Part shown: piece after piece, positions 1 to 11,653 of the stretch
Layout of the letters: each line of letters starts with the position of its first letter
How positions within the stretch are numbered: the first letter of the stretch is position 1
From: Laetmonice hystrix
Taxonomy: Eukaryota
Reading direction: 5' to 3'
DNA length: 64,000 nt
Assembly (NCBI GenBank): GCA_965235115.1
Contig: OZ249450.1
Coordinates: 15,066,001 to 15,130,000, forward strand
The notes under the pieces: generated by a model
The model's input: only the letters and a program-made list of their open reading frames with translations
Told to the model about the DNA's origin: nothing
Database searches by the model: none
Position numbers and translations under genes: made by a program

Positions 1-1534
1 GCACTTAATGAAAATAGGGCCTATAATTGTATAAGGGGCTCTATTGACCCTAATGACGGGGCCCGTACTTGAAAACACTTCCATGTGTCTTAATATTGAA
101 ATCAGACTCACTACTTACCCACAATTGTAACTATTAAAAATAGATCATGACGTAACAGTATTGCGTGAACAGGTGTGCAGTAGAACGAATCCGAAGGCAA
201 CTGTTTGAAACGGCAAGTTCTGTGGGTGCGGTTCCGGTCACGTGGGGGGTAAAGGTGACCAATCATGATGCGTGTTTCATCAGTGGTGATCTGATCACGA
301 CGTAAGCAGTCGGCCGATTTCTCATTTTGCGTCCCTTATGGGTCAAGCGCTTAACTCAATGTAAAATAACCTTGAAACATTTTTTCTAACGAAAAGCAGC
401 TACATTTATACTGGGGACTATGTGTATCATGGACACTGCATCTAGCGATATTAATCCTTACTGTCTATTTCCATGGGAATGGATCTTCTAATGGTTAAGA
501 TACCAAAATATGACCACCTAACATTAAACACATAACGTAGGCTTATTGGAAAGACTTAACGCTTAACACGCAATTATGCGACTGAAAATATAAAATATTG
601 CATTAATTATTTAAACATGCAAATACGTAGCAGCAGATGCGAATGAATCAAGTAATGTGTTTGAATCGTATTGCCCACTCTGATGCCAGGAAAATTGTGT
701 TTATTCTGTGTTTTGGTCACCATTGTCAACGCTAGGTGGCAGGCCATTTTCACGGTATGAAAGCAGACACCTATTGAGTGCGGAGGCCCTGAGCGTCTTG
801 TTTCCTGGTTGAGTTCAGTACGAGGATGATGGATGCAGATAATGATAATGAGGGAATCTTGGTTAACAACCAATCACAACTCGCAAAAACAAAATACTGT
901 TTCCGTCGTCACTGTAACTTGATAGTGTGTGATTAAAGTGAGGTCTTATATATTTAACGGAGTAGTAATTTTCTGAAACTTCATTCGCCTCAAATATGTG
1001 TATTTTCTCGATTGCTTCTTGTGAAAGTTCCATACGTATCAAAATAGTACAACAGATTCCAAGTCTTTCGACATCCACATGTACATAAGAACACCCAGTG
1101 ATTCCAGTGTATTTCTCTGGCGGAAATAAGTTTAAAACTACGTATCAAAATGGCTGAAAACAAGCGTCTGGCGAAGTGTGGATATATGACTTCAAGAAAA
1201 TGTCCGATGCATAATCCTGTATCTTTGTGAAATGGGCGACGTATGATTCTATGTGCGTGAAAGAGGGAGAGAGAGAGCGCGAGACACAGAGCGACAGTTA
1301 AATGCTACAACAAATGCTATAACAAAATGATACCGGCATAGTTTGTCGGGATGTTTGACATGGATATTGTCGTCCGACCTTATGTTCCCTGTATACCACC
1401 CACCAATCTGACCACACATCGTCCCTACATTAGTCCTCACATCCGTCACCATGACAACATTTCGATGATATGTTGGGGGAGCATGAAGGCGTGCTTGGGT
1501 TGTATACAGAGGTCCTACGGAATAGTGTGACGCC

Positions 1535-1637
1535 CTGGGCACAGTTCCGAAAAGATCTCACTTAAGGTTAGGCTTATCGTGATTAGCGTTAAGCCTAAAC
1601 TTAAGTAAGCTCTTAAGATTTGAGGAACCTGGCCCTG
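1535..1637. mobile_element. Small palindromic MITE-like element
   Basis: Imperfect terminal inverted repeat (gggcacagttcc vs reverse complement gggccaggttcc) and an internal hairpin cttaaggttaggctta...taagcctaaacttaag. Confidence 0.4.
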
Positions 1638-2295
1638 GATTAATAATCTCCATGCCACCCGCGTTTTGCGAGCTGTAACGTTTTTTGTTAATTTGTCCTT
1701 ATTTTGATCCGAATCCTTGAGACGGATCCTCCGCGGCACGGACAGCACCGGCCGTGTCCTGTCTGGGTTGTATGGCGTATGTACACGTGATAATTGTAAC
1801 GGCCACCTATCTGGCGCGTAGGGAACCATTTGACTCTCACACAATGTATTAAAACCGACTATTTGCGCTCCGTTGAAAGACGTGTTTGATCCATATAAAA
1901 ATAGGTGAGAGATGTTCTGTGGATATAGTAGATCTCAGAGACAGAGCGATTAAAGGGAAATGATTATTATCGTAGAAGCAACGTAAGCGGTCATTGCAAG
2001 AAGAGCATGACCTTATTAGGCGGACCCATATTCCGTCGTCACGTGGCAAAGTACACGATTTAATTTCCCTCCTCTTCGATCACATTTCTGGGGACGTGCT
2101 GTTCACGTAGAGTGCAGACTAGGTAGAACTCATCGATGGATTGTTTACATTATCTAAACTATTCTATACACCATTCATCATTCTTCTCTCATTCTCTTTC
2201 ATAAAACTCTCCCGGCTGTGGAAACCAGATCCTTGTATTCGTTATGCTAGGTCAGGTTGTCGATTTCGACCGAGAACTACGTAGTTTTAAATGTG

Positions 2296-2370
2296 CAGCG
2301 CCCCCTGTAGGGAAAGCGTAACACTTTGTGTTCTTCTCCTTATCCTCCAACTATTGCGCCCCCTGGCGGG
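2296..2370 (-). promoter_or_regulatory. Two tandem CTCF-like motifs just downstream of the receptor stop codon
   Basis: Minus strand reads CCCGCCAGGGGGCGCA (2355-2370) and CCCTACAGGGGGCGCT (2297-2312), close to the CTCF core. Motif match only. Confidence 0.4.
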
Positions 2371-2525
2371 GGTTTTACCCGGCGCCGAGTATCCACCGGA
2401 AGTAGAGACTCCTCCCCAGTGAGCGTGACGACGCCGAGCACTAGACTTCCGATATGGGTTCCGCGCATGCGTGCAGTAGTGGCACTGAATAGAAGCGTGA
2501 AATAGCGTAGCCCTGCATGACGTTA

Positions 2526-2702
2526 CTATCCAAGAATGTACGCCAGCCAATACACCAGATTGAATGATAAAAAGGCAAGAGGAAATAGTTTTCGCGACAG
2601 TTTGTCGATATAGCGGGCTTTATGACGACCCTCGGGGTCCCGGACGAAGCGTTTTTCCCGCACTTCTCGGAAGTCTCGTCCGTTGTGTGTGACAATGTTT
2701 AT
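2526..2702 (-). CDS. Exon 8: end of M3-M4 loop and TM4, stop TAG
   Basis: Acceptor gtcgttacag|ATAAAC. Encodes INIVTHNGRDF...ARYIDKLSRKLFPLAFLSFNLVYWLAYILG*. Confidence 0.94.
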   Translation of the reverse strand: MNIVTHNGRDFREVREKRFVRDPEGRHKARYIDKLSRKLFPLAFLSFNLVYWLAYILG

Positions 2703-4164
2703 CTGTAACGACACACAGCCACAAACTATAGCCAATACTCTTTGGAATTCACGTCAGTATTATAGAAAAATTGAGGAAGACACCACCAACAAAGACCAGT
2801 TAGGTTTCAAGAGGCAAGCAGATAGATTGAGGTGGAGACAAACGTACGTTCACTGGGAGAAATTGGAAACGTCTAGTTGAGCAAGCGAAATCATGCCAAG
2901 CAAAAATAATCATTTTTGCTACGAGCAAGCAAACCCATTAAAGTCTGTAACTGATGCTAAAAACACACGAGGTACTACGGCTACGACCCCGAAATAAACA
3001 GAAAGAAACACATTACATAAACTACCCACATATCAGTGCGTGTAACCTATCACACCGACACATAAAGAACTTGACGAAGAATCAATTTGAAACGAGATGC
3101 TTGATGCAGCTCCATACGTTAGCCAATTCTGTACATTTTGTATGTTGCAATAAAGATATTCTCTACAAGGAGAATGGAGACAACTGAGTCCTGAACAACC
3201 GAATTAGTACGAATTAAACTGAGGACTTAAAGACGTATTGTAATGTTGAAAGAAAATCCACAAAGAAAGGTTACAACAGGAATTATTCTGGAATGAAATC
3301 TCGATAATGATTGGGTCCGAGCTTGGTTAAGGTCAGGTTGGACAATCGTCCGACGAAAATAAGGTTATGACAAAATTAAAAAGTTATATTTGGGTTCGGA
3401 TCACGCACACCAACAATAGTTACTTAAGAGAATAATTATATTTATCGTCTGTGTGAGTTTTCATGGTCATTAAGGTATTGTGTGTCATTCCTTTTTTTAG
3501 TTTAAGTAGAAATGTTTTGATAAAAACGTACCGGCATGTACTGAGACGAAGCGTGGAAGTAGAAAGAATTAAGATGTAGACGTTAGTATAATTACGGCAG
3601 AGTATAGCATGTCTTGGTACTTTATATCAGCTGAACCATCTACTATACGATCCGGCATATATAATTTATGAAATCCTGTTTTACGTGGAAAACATTGTAA
3701 TAAGCATCTTATACAAAATCTTAATACTAACACGTGTATAAAAGAGTAAACAAGCATATAGTGTTTGGTGAATTATTGCAGCTTCAAGACGGAGGAAGGA
3801 AAAATTATATCCAAACTTTACCAATTACCAAGAAGGCATATCTTATAGGTAAACAGGTTTCAGTGAGTATGGTTTGTAGGATAAACAGGTTCAATAACGT
3901 GTATTTGACAGTTGTGCATAAACAATAATTGGATTTACAATTACATGTATATTGTGTCTCGGGATCAGGGCTAAGTGGACGGGATTTGAAAATATTCCAA
4001 TTTAAAAAAATGTTGCTCATCCCGCGTGCAAAAAGAAAAGCTCTAATACCATGCGGAAGAAGAGCTATAGGATGGGTGAGGGGGTGAGGGGGAAGGGGGG
4101 TTGCGCTGGATGGGTACAAAATTACTTTAGAAAGCATTCCGTTGAAATATGATCTGATTCTTAC

Positions 4165-4556
4165 CTGTTCTAATGCAATCTCCTCCTCCCTATTCCCCGT
4201 CCGCCGACGGAAACTGTTCCTCCGATTCTGTCGGACCTCTTTCCTTGAGAAAACGTTCACCACGGCGAACTCGAGGAGAGAAGCAAAAACGAAGAGAAGG
4301 CAAACTGACATCCACACGTCAATGGCCTTGATATAAGATACGCGCGGCAGTTGGGATCGCGAGCCCGTGCTCTGCGTCGTCATGGTAAGCACGGTTAGCA
4401 ACCCTATCGTGACGCGCGCCGGAATTGCGTCGATGGAGATCCAAAAAGCCACCCAGGATAGGATGACGATGAGCACAGACGGGACGTACAGCTGGATCAT
4501 ATAGTAGCCGATGTCACGCTTCAAGATGAAGGCCGCTTCGAGACACGGGTAGGCAC
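4165..4556 (-). CDS. Exon 7: (G)[18 protein letters not shown]...TM1-TM3...EEEIALEQ
   Basis: Acceptor tttcccgcag|, donor CAG|gtaaga. Contains TM1, TM2 (PAR) and TM3 ([17 protein letters not shown]). Confidence 0.97.
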
Positions 4557-5186
4557 CTGCGGGAAATAGCCACCAGAGGGCAGTTGAGAGGCGAACCACC
4601 AGGTGGCGTGAGCGTCTTCACGCCAGCTACAGATTACCGAGTTGACATTGGGCAAACAGACGGACCACACAGAGAGGATTCTCGGATGGCTAAAGCAAGT
4701 GAGATCCATACAGTTAAGAAATTGACAGCCCAGTCTGAAAAAGTACAGGAGGGTGAGAATTCATCGGTGTTAACAACTCCCCTTTAAGTCGCCCATAGAA
4801 GCTGGAGGCTTTCCGAGCTACAGCTGCCGGTCTACTTTGAACTCACAGAAAAGATTCAAAACAGTCGGGAAAATCAATACTGTATGGTCACTATGAAAAT
4901 ATTCAATGCTAGGTTTAATTTACGAATAGTCACTAAAGATAGTTTAAACTAGCCATGCGTCCGTGACTGGAAACATAATAGTTATCACATTTTATTGTGT
5001 TTTTCTAACACAATTTCGATTTAGTCTCATTGGCGGTCAGGTAATACAAGAAGATGGCTTACAGGCTGGTATACTATTCCTCAAAACATAAGCAATATAC
5101 CACTGTTATCTAAACAGGGTAATATGATTATGATTGAGAAATGTTACTGTAAAACGGATGGGTTTCATGGCTGTCGATGTCCTTAC

Positions 5187-5318
5187 CTGTGGTATAATTC
5201 TGCGAACAATCCTTTAGTGTGACATTTATCATACTAAACTGTGGTAGTTGAATTGTGGACTCAAACTCGACAGGCTTCGGCAACCATCTATACACAATGT
5301 GATCCATTGTATAGCCAA
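5187..5318 (-). CDS. Exon 6: (F)GYTMDHIVYRWLPKPVEFESTIQLPQFSMINVTLKDCSQNYTT(G)
   Basis: Acceptor ttttgttttcag|, donor G|gtaagg. LPQF motif and first loop-C cysteine. Confidence 0.95.
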
Positions 5319-5410
5319 CTGAAAACAAAAAATGACATCTTATTCTATGATTATAAGTTGATGGTAAGACGAGACAGGATCGTATACAAGTAGATCATCC
5401 AAGTATAAGT

Positions 5411-6421
5411 GGTATCAGGCGCTTTCCCCGCCGGCGTTTTCCCCCTGGCGTTTTCCCCGCGGCGTTTTCCCCGCCGGCGCTTTCCCACCCCACCAACTTC
5501 CCCGCCGGCGTATCCCCCCCCCCCCCGGGCTTGCCCCTACCCCCGGTCTATTCCCCGTCGTAATGTCCCTGCCAGGGGCCTGGGGGATTTCCAGACCAAA
5601 TTACACAAATTACACAAAGAATTCAGAGGGGGAAAAACGTCCACAAACGATTTTATTTAAGCAAGGTTGACATGATAGGAAACATGTGAGACTTTCAAAA
5701 TAAATCATTAGTTTAGAAGGTGGTTGACCCCTGACCATTTGACCATTGACCTTTGACCATTCCAAAAAAAGAATGATGGTTTTTTATCCCGTATCCTATA
5801 CGGGATACGACTGGAAAAGGTTTACACATATAACAGTTCTTCATGTAAGGCAAAAAAAAAATCGTTTCTTGTCCCCGCGCGCGTCACCTAACCCCCCCCC
5901 CCCGCGTCAAGTCTTTTTTTTTATTCGACTGCTTCATTTGGTGGGCAGTGTAGCGCTGTGAGAGAACGTTGCAACGGTTCTTTGGCGTTGGCGTTTTTCT
6001 GTTAGTCGTATTGCTTTATATGTCAGTTTTACACATTCTTTAATGAAAACATTGAACATCATTGCATTGGTTTTTTCTTCAAGATTTCTCCATGTACCAA
6101 ACAGCAATTGCATTCCAAGAATCGGCCGTTGTCCCCCCCCCCCCAAAAAAAAAAAAAAGATGGAAAAAAAACAGGAAGTTTAAGGATATAGGCGGACCTA
6201 TGTGTGTGTTAATGTATGTTCTGATATGCCTTAGTTCACAAGTAAAAACTAAAATAATACCGTGCCTCGTGTCATTTATTTCCATTGCCGAGGGGAAGCC
6301 GGGGGGGGGGGGGGGGGAATACGCCGGCGGGGAACTTGGTCGGGTGGGAAAGCCCCGGCGGGGAAAACGCCGCGGGGAAAACGCCGCGGGGAAAACGCCG
6401 GCGGGGAAAACGCCTAGACCC
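5411..6421. mobile_element. Non-autonomous foldback DNA transposon (~1.0 kb) in receptor intron 5
   Basis: About 125-bp TIRs built from ggcgttttccccgc(c) subrepeats (5411-~5540 and ~6292-6421), flanked by direct repeat gtataagt (5403-5410, 6422-6429). No internal ORF. Confidence 0.85.
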
Positions 6422-8013
6422 GTATAAGTAGGTAATACCTAAAAGGGATGTAATACATAAGTTAACACTTCTCGAAGCTCTTATAGCATCAACTCGTTCG
6501 TATCGAAACGGAAATTTAAGAAAGGCATAATACATATTATGCCCTAGACCATAGCTTTTTCATCGTTATGGACACAAAACAAGACATTGGCGCCATTGTC
6601 TGAGACTGCATAGTCGTAAGAAAAATGGAAGAAGTCTTGAAGCTTTTTCAGACTAACTGCAGTAAATTCTTCATGTTGTGGTATCTACGAAATTCTGCAC
6701 AGCTACTTTTCTCGTTTGCAGCCCTCCAATTAAAGGACTCTTGATAGATTTAGAAAGGCTAACCCTTGTATCGCTCACCCACTTAGCCATAGAGAGAAGT
6801 TCTCAATTGTTTCTGGCTAACGTAACACAATCATACTGCCGGCATAAGATAAGGCACAAGAATATAGAAGAGCATGATTGTCTGAATAAACAATGTTGAA
6901 AACAAGAAATCTCTGTAAAACAACCCTCCTCCACTCACCCACCCCTAAACACATAAAACCCGGCTCAAGTGCCGAGGCAGCCCCTGAACGCCGATAATGA
7001 ACCTCTGTAAACACTCCTCCACAGTTACAAGAACCTCCTGAAGCGGCCGAGCTGTTTTTTCTCCGGTATTAGCGCACATGACTGTTGAAAGACATGGCCC
7101 TTGTGGAAGCTGGTCCCTCTTTACGACAACTGTACACCTGATTTGAAATGTCGCCAGGTTTTCCACAACAAGAGCACTAATTCGTGACCGGAACTCCATC
7201 AAACATCCCATTAAAACAAAACGACGGCTGGTGACGGCAATGATGAGTTTGAAACACACAGAAAGGTCCAGCTCTTTGAGAAGGAAATCGCTCTCTTGGT
7301 AGCACCGCAAAGTGTTTCTACCATTTGCTTCCTCGAAAACGGAAGGACTTGCTGATTTAAACGTCTTCAGGTAACAGTGGTCAGCATGTTTCAATTGCTG
7401 TCAGCAGTACGCAGTGTTTCTTAAAGGAATCGTGTCAATTATTTCATATAGATTTTACAAATTGGCGAAAATACTGCTGGTATTATAGTTTTGGTAATTA
7501 TGTTCCATAGAACTGCCTACTTGCCTGACTGGATTTCGTGAATATTTTTTAAAACATTAAAAAACCAGCAAATTCGGAATGACGCGCGTCTTTTTAGCGA
7601 TAGAGTTTTAGCCGGGCGACTTTACACCCTTTTCACAGAACGCGAGACTATAGCCGCAATCACGTGATCATCCCACCCGTTGCAACGCTATGTCTGCAGG
7701 TCAGACATTCCCGATGGCGGAAAGCAGCGTTGTTTTTTACTCTTCCCGACAAGAAATGTGGAATGTGAAGGTGATAGTGCATTTTGCTGCTGTCTGTTTA
7801 CAATACATACGTATATTAAACCTAGGAAGTATCCTCGGGACAGAAGGTGCATAGATTTTGACAAGGTAAGCGTGAAACCAGGCCAAACTGGCTTCCCGGA
7901 ACGTTCAACCCGGGTGACACGATTCTTTTAATGATAGCATTTTATGCTAACAGCATGAACCGACATTTTAGAAGCAAGTGCTCAGATATTGGGTGATACT
8001 GAGTTATACTCAC

Positions 8014-8096
8014 AGCTTTCAAACATCATAGGACAAGTTTGTGTATCCAGTGGGTATTTATGTAACATCATTGGACACGAGAGTGTGGCTGTAATT
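8014..8096 (-). CDS. Exon 5: ITATLSCPMMLHKYPLDTQTCPMMFES(F), the Cys-loop exon
   Basis: 83 nt, acceptor gcag|, donor T|gtgagt. C-x13-C signature. Not in the supplied ORF track. Confidence 0.96.
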
Positions 8097-8364
8097 CTGC
8101 AAAGGCAAAGCTCATCTGTAATTGCACTACATACAAATAACACATTGAGTGGGCAACAGAAGGTATACCAGTGATTAGGGGATCAATACAGGCACAGAAA
8201 TGAAGGCTATCCAAGTAGTAGGTCAAATCCCTGTCTTACTTGAAGTATTGGTGATGCAGGCGTATACAGAAACATACACACGTCAAACTTGCCTGAGAGC
8301 TCATGTCATTTTAACAACCCCCCCCCCCCCCAAAACGGTTGCAAAAACCAAAGGTGATACTTAC

Positions 8365-8597
8365 TTTGAGACGTACCATATTCGGCCCGATTCGTGTAAA
8401 AATATTAACCTATTTGGTGTGGTGACGGAATGATAGGCTGCGTTCTTTTCATTTCGAAAGAACACGTCAGGCGTCCATATTTTGTCCCACATAAAATCCT
8501 CTAGTTTTATCTTTTGTTTCGGTTGTCCATTAAAAGGCTCGAATTTTAATCGTGGATCTGTCCACTGTTGCCGTAGGTACATATTTAATGAATAATC
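8365..8597 (-). CDS. Exon 4: DYSLNMYLRQQWTDPRL...WTPDVFFRNEK...GRIWYVS(K)
   Basis: Acceptor ttttctttcag|, donor AA|gtaagt. Loop D and loop A motifs. Confidence 0.96.
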
Positions 8598-8783
8598 CTG
8601 AAAGAAAACATATTATGATATCAAAATCAAGTATAGAATTCGCTTTTAAAGACTTACTACACTATAATGATAAGGACCTGTTTTTGCTAAGACGTCGACA
8701 ACAAATTGACGTACTTTTTAACAGAGTTTTCATATTTTCACGCGCATAAATTTCAACCACACTCCTTCATTGGATTTTCTTAC

Positions 8784-8851
8784 CATCGTTTGTTCACTGA
8801 TGGCGTAGAAACTGTTGATGTAAATGCCTAATTCGACCATTGTTGGACCTC
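8784..8851 (-). CDS. Exon 3: (G)GPTMVELGIYINSFYAISEQTM
   Basis: Acceptor cttcgtccag|, donor ATG|gtaaga. 68 nt. Confidence 0.93.
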
Positions 8852-10911
8852 CTGGACGAAGGAAGAATATAGTTAGAAATGGTACACAATGATAGCAGCA
8901 TCTGCGAAACACTTACACAATCTCGTACCATCCTTCGATGTATGAAACTCAGGTTAAAAAGATGCAAATTATACATGCATTTTTTACAGGAAAATAATTA
9001 TTTTCCTGTGCATTGAAAATAAATGTCTACTTGAATACAGCAAGATCCCTAGAATATATAATTAAAAAGGTAGGTTTTTATATCTGTATAGTGAAATTCC
9101 GTTTGATAAATTTGTATCAAAATAACATGGATTGATTATGGCAGGGATCTTTTTCACCGATCCTTTAATAATGATAATATATATGTATATATTGATCTGC
9201 TTATCTCAGTTTACACTTTACAACATATAGCAATGGAACGCTGACTACGCGCCGACTAGAAAATAGGACCAAAGGCTAGTCTGGCCAGTCTAGTCTGTGA
9301 CAAGTATATAAGCTGCGCTCAATGCTACCGAATTATACATCCTATCATACAACTACATGGCGACCGGCAAAAAACGCGAATAAAACGCTAATATTGCGCT
9401 CAGCGTTCTGCATCATAACATTGGTGTTCTTCCTATAGCATTATTGATAATATCCATTATCATAAAGGCGTTGACAAACAAATAAATAAAGACAAAATAT
9501 AGAAACCATATGGATCTTCTGTATAACCGCATGGGGTACTCGGGACATTACATTGTCACACCATTTTGAAAATGTATCAATATGTACATAACGGTATATA
9601 CATATCAAAGTATATTCAAAGATTTGAACCTAGGATTTTTACAATATTTATATGTCGAGAAAACTCCAAAAATCCACAAAAATGAAATCACTTTTTGTAC
9701 ACATGCAAAGTACTACATATAAAATGACCGAATTACTCTATAATCCAAAAAAATTATTTATCTCTTTACTACATAATATGAGTGCCCCAGGACTATAAAC
9801 AACACTGGAATATAACGATGGGGGCCAACCCGAGTATCATAATTCCAGGGATGCATAATACTAATTATGAATTCTACAGTATGTACAACCAAAAGGAGTA
9901 TTGGCGAAGAAAGCATTTTTGACTAATGATCGCAAAAGGTCGGTCGGGTAGACTCTCTGACCATGCATGTTCTAGTAATGTAGTAGCTGTTGCCCCAGCA
10001 CCAATGGGCGATAATAGGATAAAACGGGGCACATAAAAGGGACGTTCACAACTGCTTTGATGTAATAATATGCATTGCACATGCTATTTATGCGCACATC
10101 ATAGGTCCCGGTCACCTGACCGTTATTCTAACATCATAACACTTTTAACTTTCTTTGGAAGAATCATTATTCAGTGATGATTTCCAAACAGGTAACATAT
10201 AATACATAGTGTAAGACCAACAAAAGAAGCTATTTTTCTAACTTTATAAATGACCAAAATTATCCTAATGAAGTCCAAGTGACTGGGACCTAGACGATGT
10301 AAAATATTACCTTGCTGCCCTGCGACTGAGCGTGAAGGTGCTGAACAAAATGCTACCTTATATACTACACACACTGTGTGTCTTTAGTGTCTTACCATCA
10401 ACACGATATCGAGAGATGACATGTGTATAATATCGATTTCCGTATTCTAAAAGTTCATACCCATCTTCACATTGTTTCCAAGTGGGGATAGAATCTTGTC
10501 CGTATGTTGAGAGGGTAACAGGAAACTGTTCCATCATGCATGTTTCGTGCAACGTTCACACCCTAACCGCAAAGGACAATTCACACAAAGGACGATTGAG
10601 GGGGGGGCTCAATCAGATATACAATGATTAATTTGGGAATCACACTGCACCCTCTGATGGCGTCAAATCGCCAATTTAAAACATGCCGGAAATGGGGGGG
10701 GGGGTTAGGGTCACAACGCATGCGCAGATTGTTTCAGCACCAACACCGCAAGGATGACAGTAGAGCGCAGAAGAAGTGGGGGAAACTATAGCGTGCCGCA
10801 TGGCGCCCACTCAGGCTTGTTAGTGAAAATGTGTAGTGTGTGAGTGACCACACGATGTGAATCGGTAGCAAGCGCAGGCGGTCCAAATGGCCTCTCGTGG
10901 GCTCCTCTTAC

Positions 10912-10967
10912 CAACAGGAGGCGGTCGTCTTTCATACTTTCGTAATAGCTTCCGCATGAGCAATGTT
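10912..10967 (-). CDS. Exon 2: (R)TLLMRKLLRKYERRPPPV(G), alpha-1 helix
   Basis: Acceptor ttctcttcag|, donor G|gtaaga. 56 nt. Corresponds to the family LLxxYDxRxRP segment. Confidence 0.88.
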
Positions 10968-11548
10968 CTGAAGAGAATGAAATAGTTTATAAAGATAGTG
11001 CCAGAATACAAAATACAGACACCCATCCCGTCCTGGTGTACCGGCACCGCCATTTAGTCTTCACCTCCAGCTCTCGTCTGAAATATCGCCTCTCGCGAGG
11101 CCGAGAGAGTACGTGGAAGAGCACCAATTTCATTCGACATGCTTCTTGTGGGGTTATTGGTAAATATTAAAAAAAGAGTGTGATCATGTTATGCGAGCCC
11201 GAAATATGTTAAACTGTGCTATAGGTTAGATTACCAATTTGTACAAGCAAGGAGAAATCAGCCTAGTTAGGCCTATTGAGTGGAGTAGTAGGTGGGGGTG
11301 TGACATGGGTGACCTACTCAGAAATCCGTAACGTCCCAAGTGGCGGTGCCTTTCACAGGCAAGGACAAGTTCGGCGACAGTACGAGAACCACAATCTGGG
11401 CAGTTGTCCCCGGTTTCCTTACACAGCAATCCAAACACCAACAGAAGGTTTTGGAAGTCATTGCTTCCGACACCAATCATTATCCACGGTACTGATGTCA
11501 GGAGCAAAACAAGGGCCGGGCCTGCGCAAATTATGATCCTCCTATATA

Positions 11549-11653
11549 TGCGCATGCGCAGTTCACATTTGAGTTGCGCATGCGCGACAAGAGCCGACAT
11601 CAACAGTTGGAGTATGAGGTTGGGCCAGGTCCAGCTGGTCCCTAGATGGCGCT
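11549..11653. promoter_or_regulatory. Two NRF1-like palindromes plus a CTCF-like motif in intron 1
   Basis: TGCGCATGCGCA 11549-11560, TGCGCATGCGCG 11575-11586, GTCCCTAGATGGCGCT 11638-11653. Confidence 0.4.

Noticed and set aside
3805-4164. C-terminal extension of the 264-aa ORF
   Set aside because: Read-through past the exon 7 donor (CAG|gtaaga at 4165) into intron sequence.
5409-6535. Pro/Arg/Gly-rich ORFs
   Set aside because: They are translations of the foldback element's GC-rich TIR subrepeats.
9874-10080. FILLSPIGAGATATT as a Walker A motif
   Set aside because: Lacks the invariant GK[ST] and has no supporting ATPase motifs.
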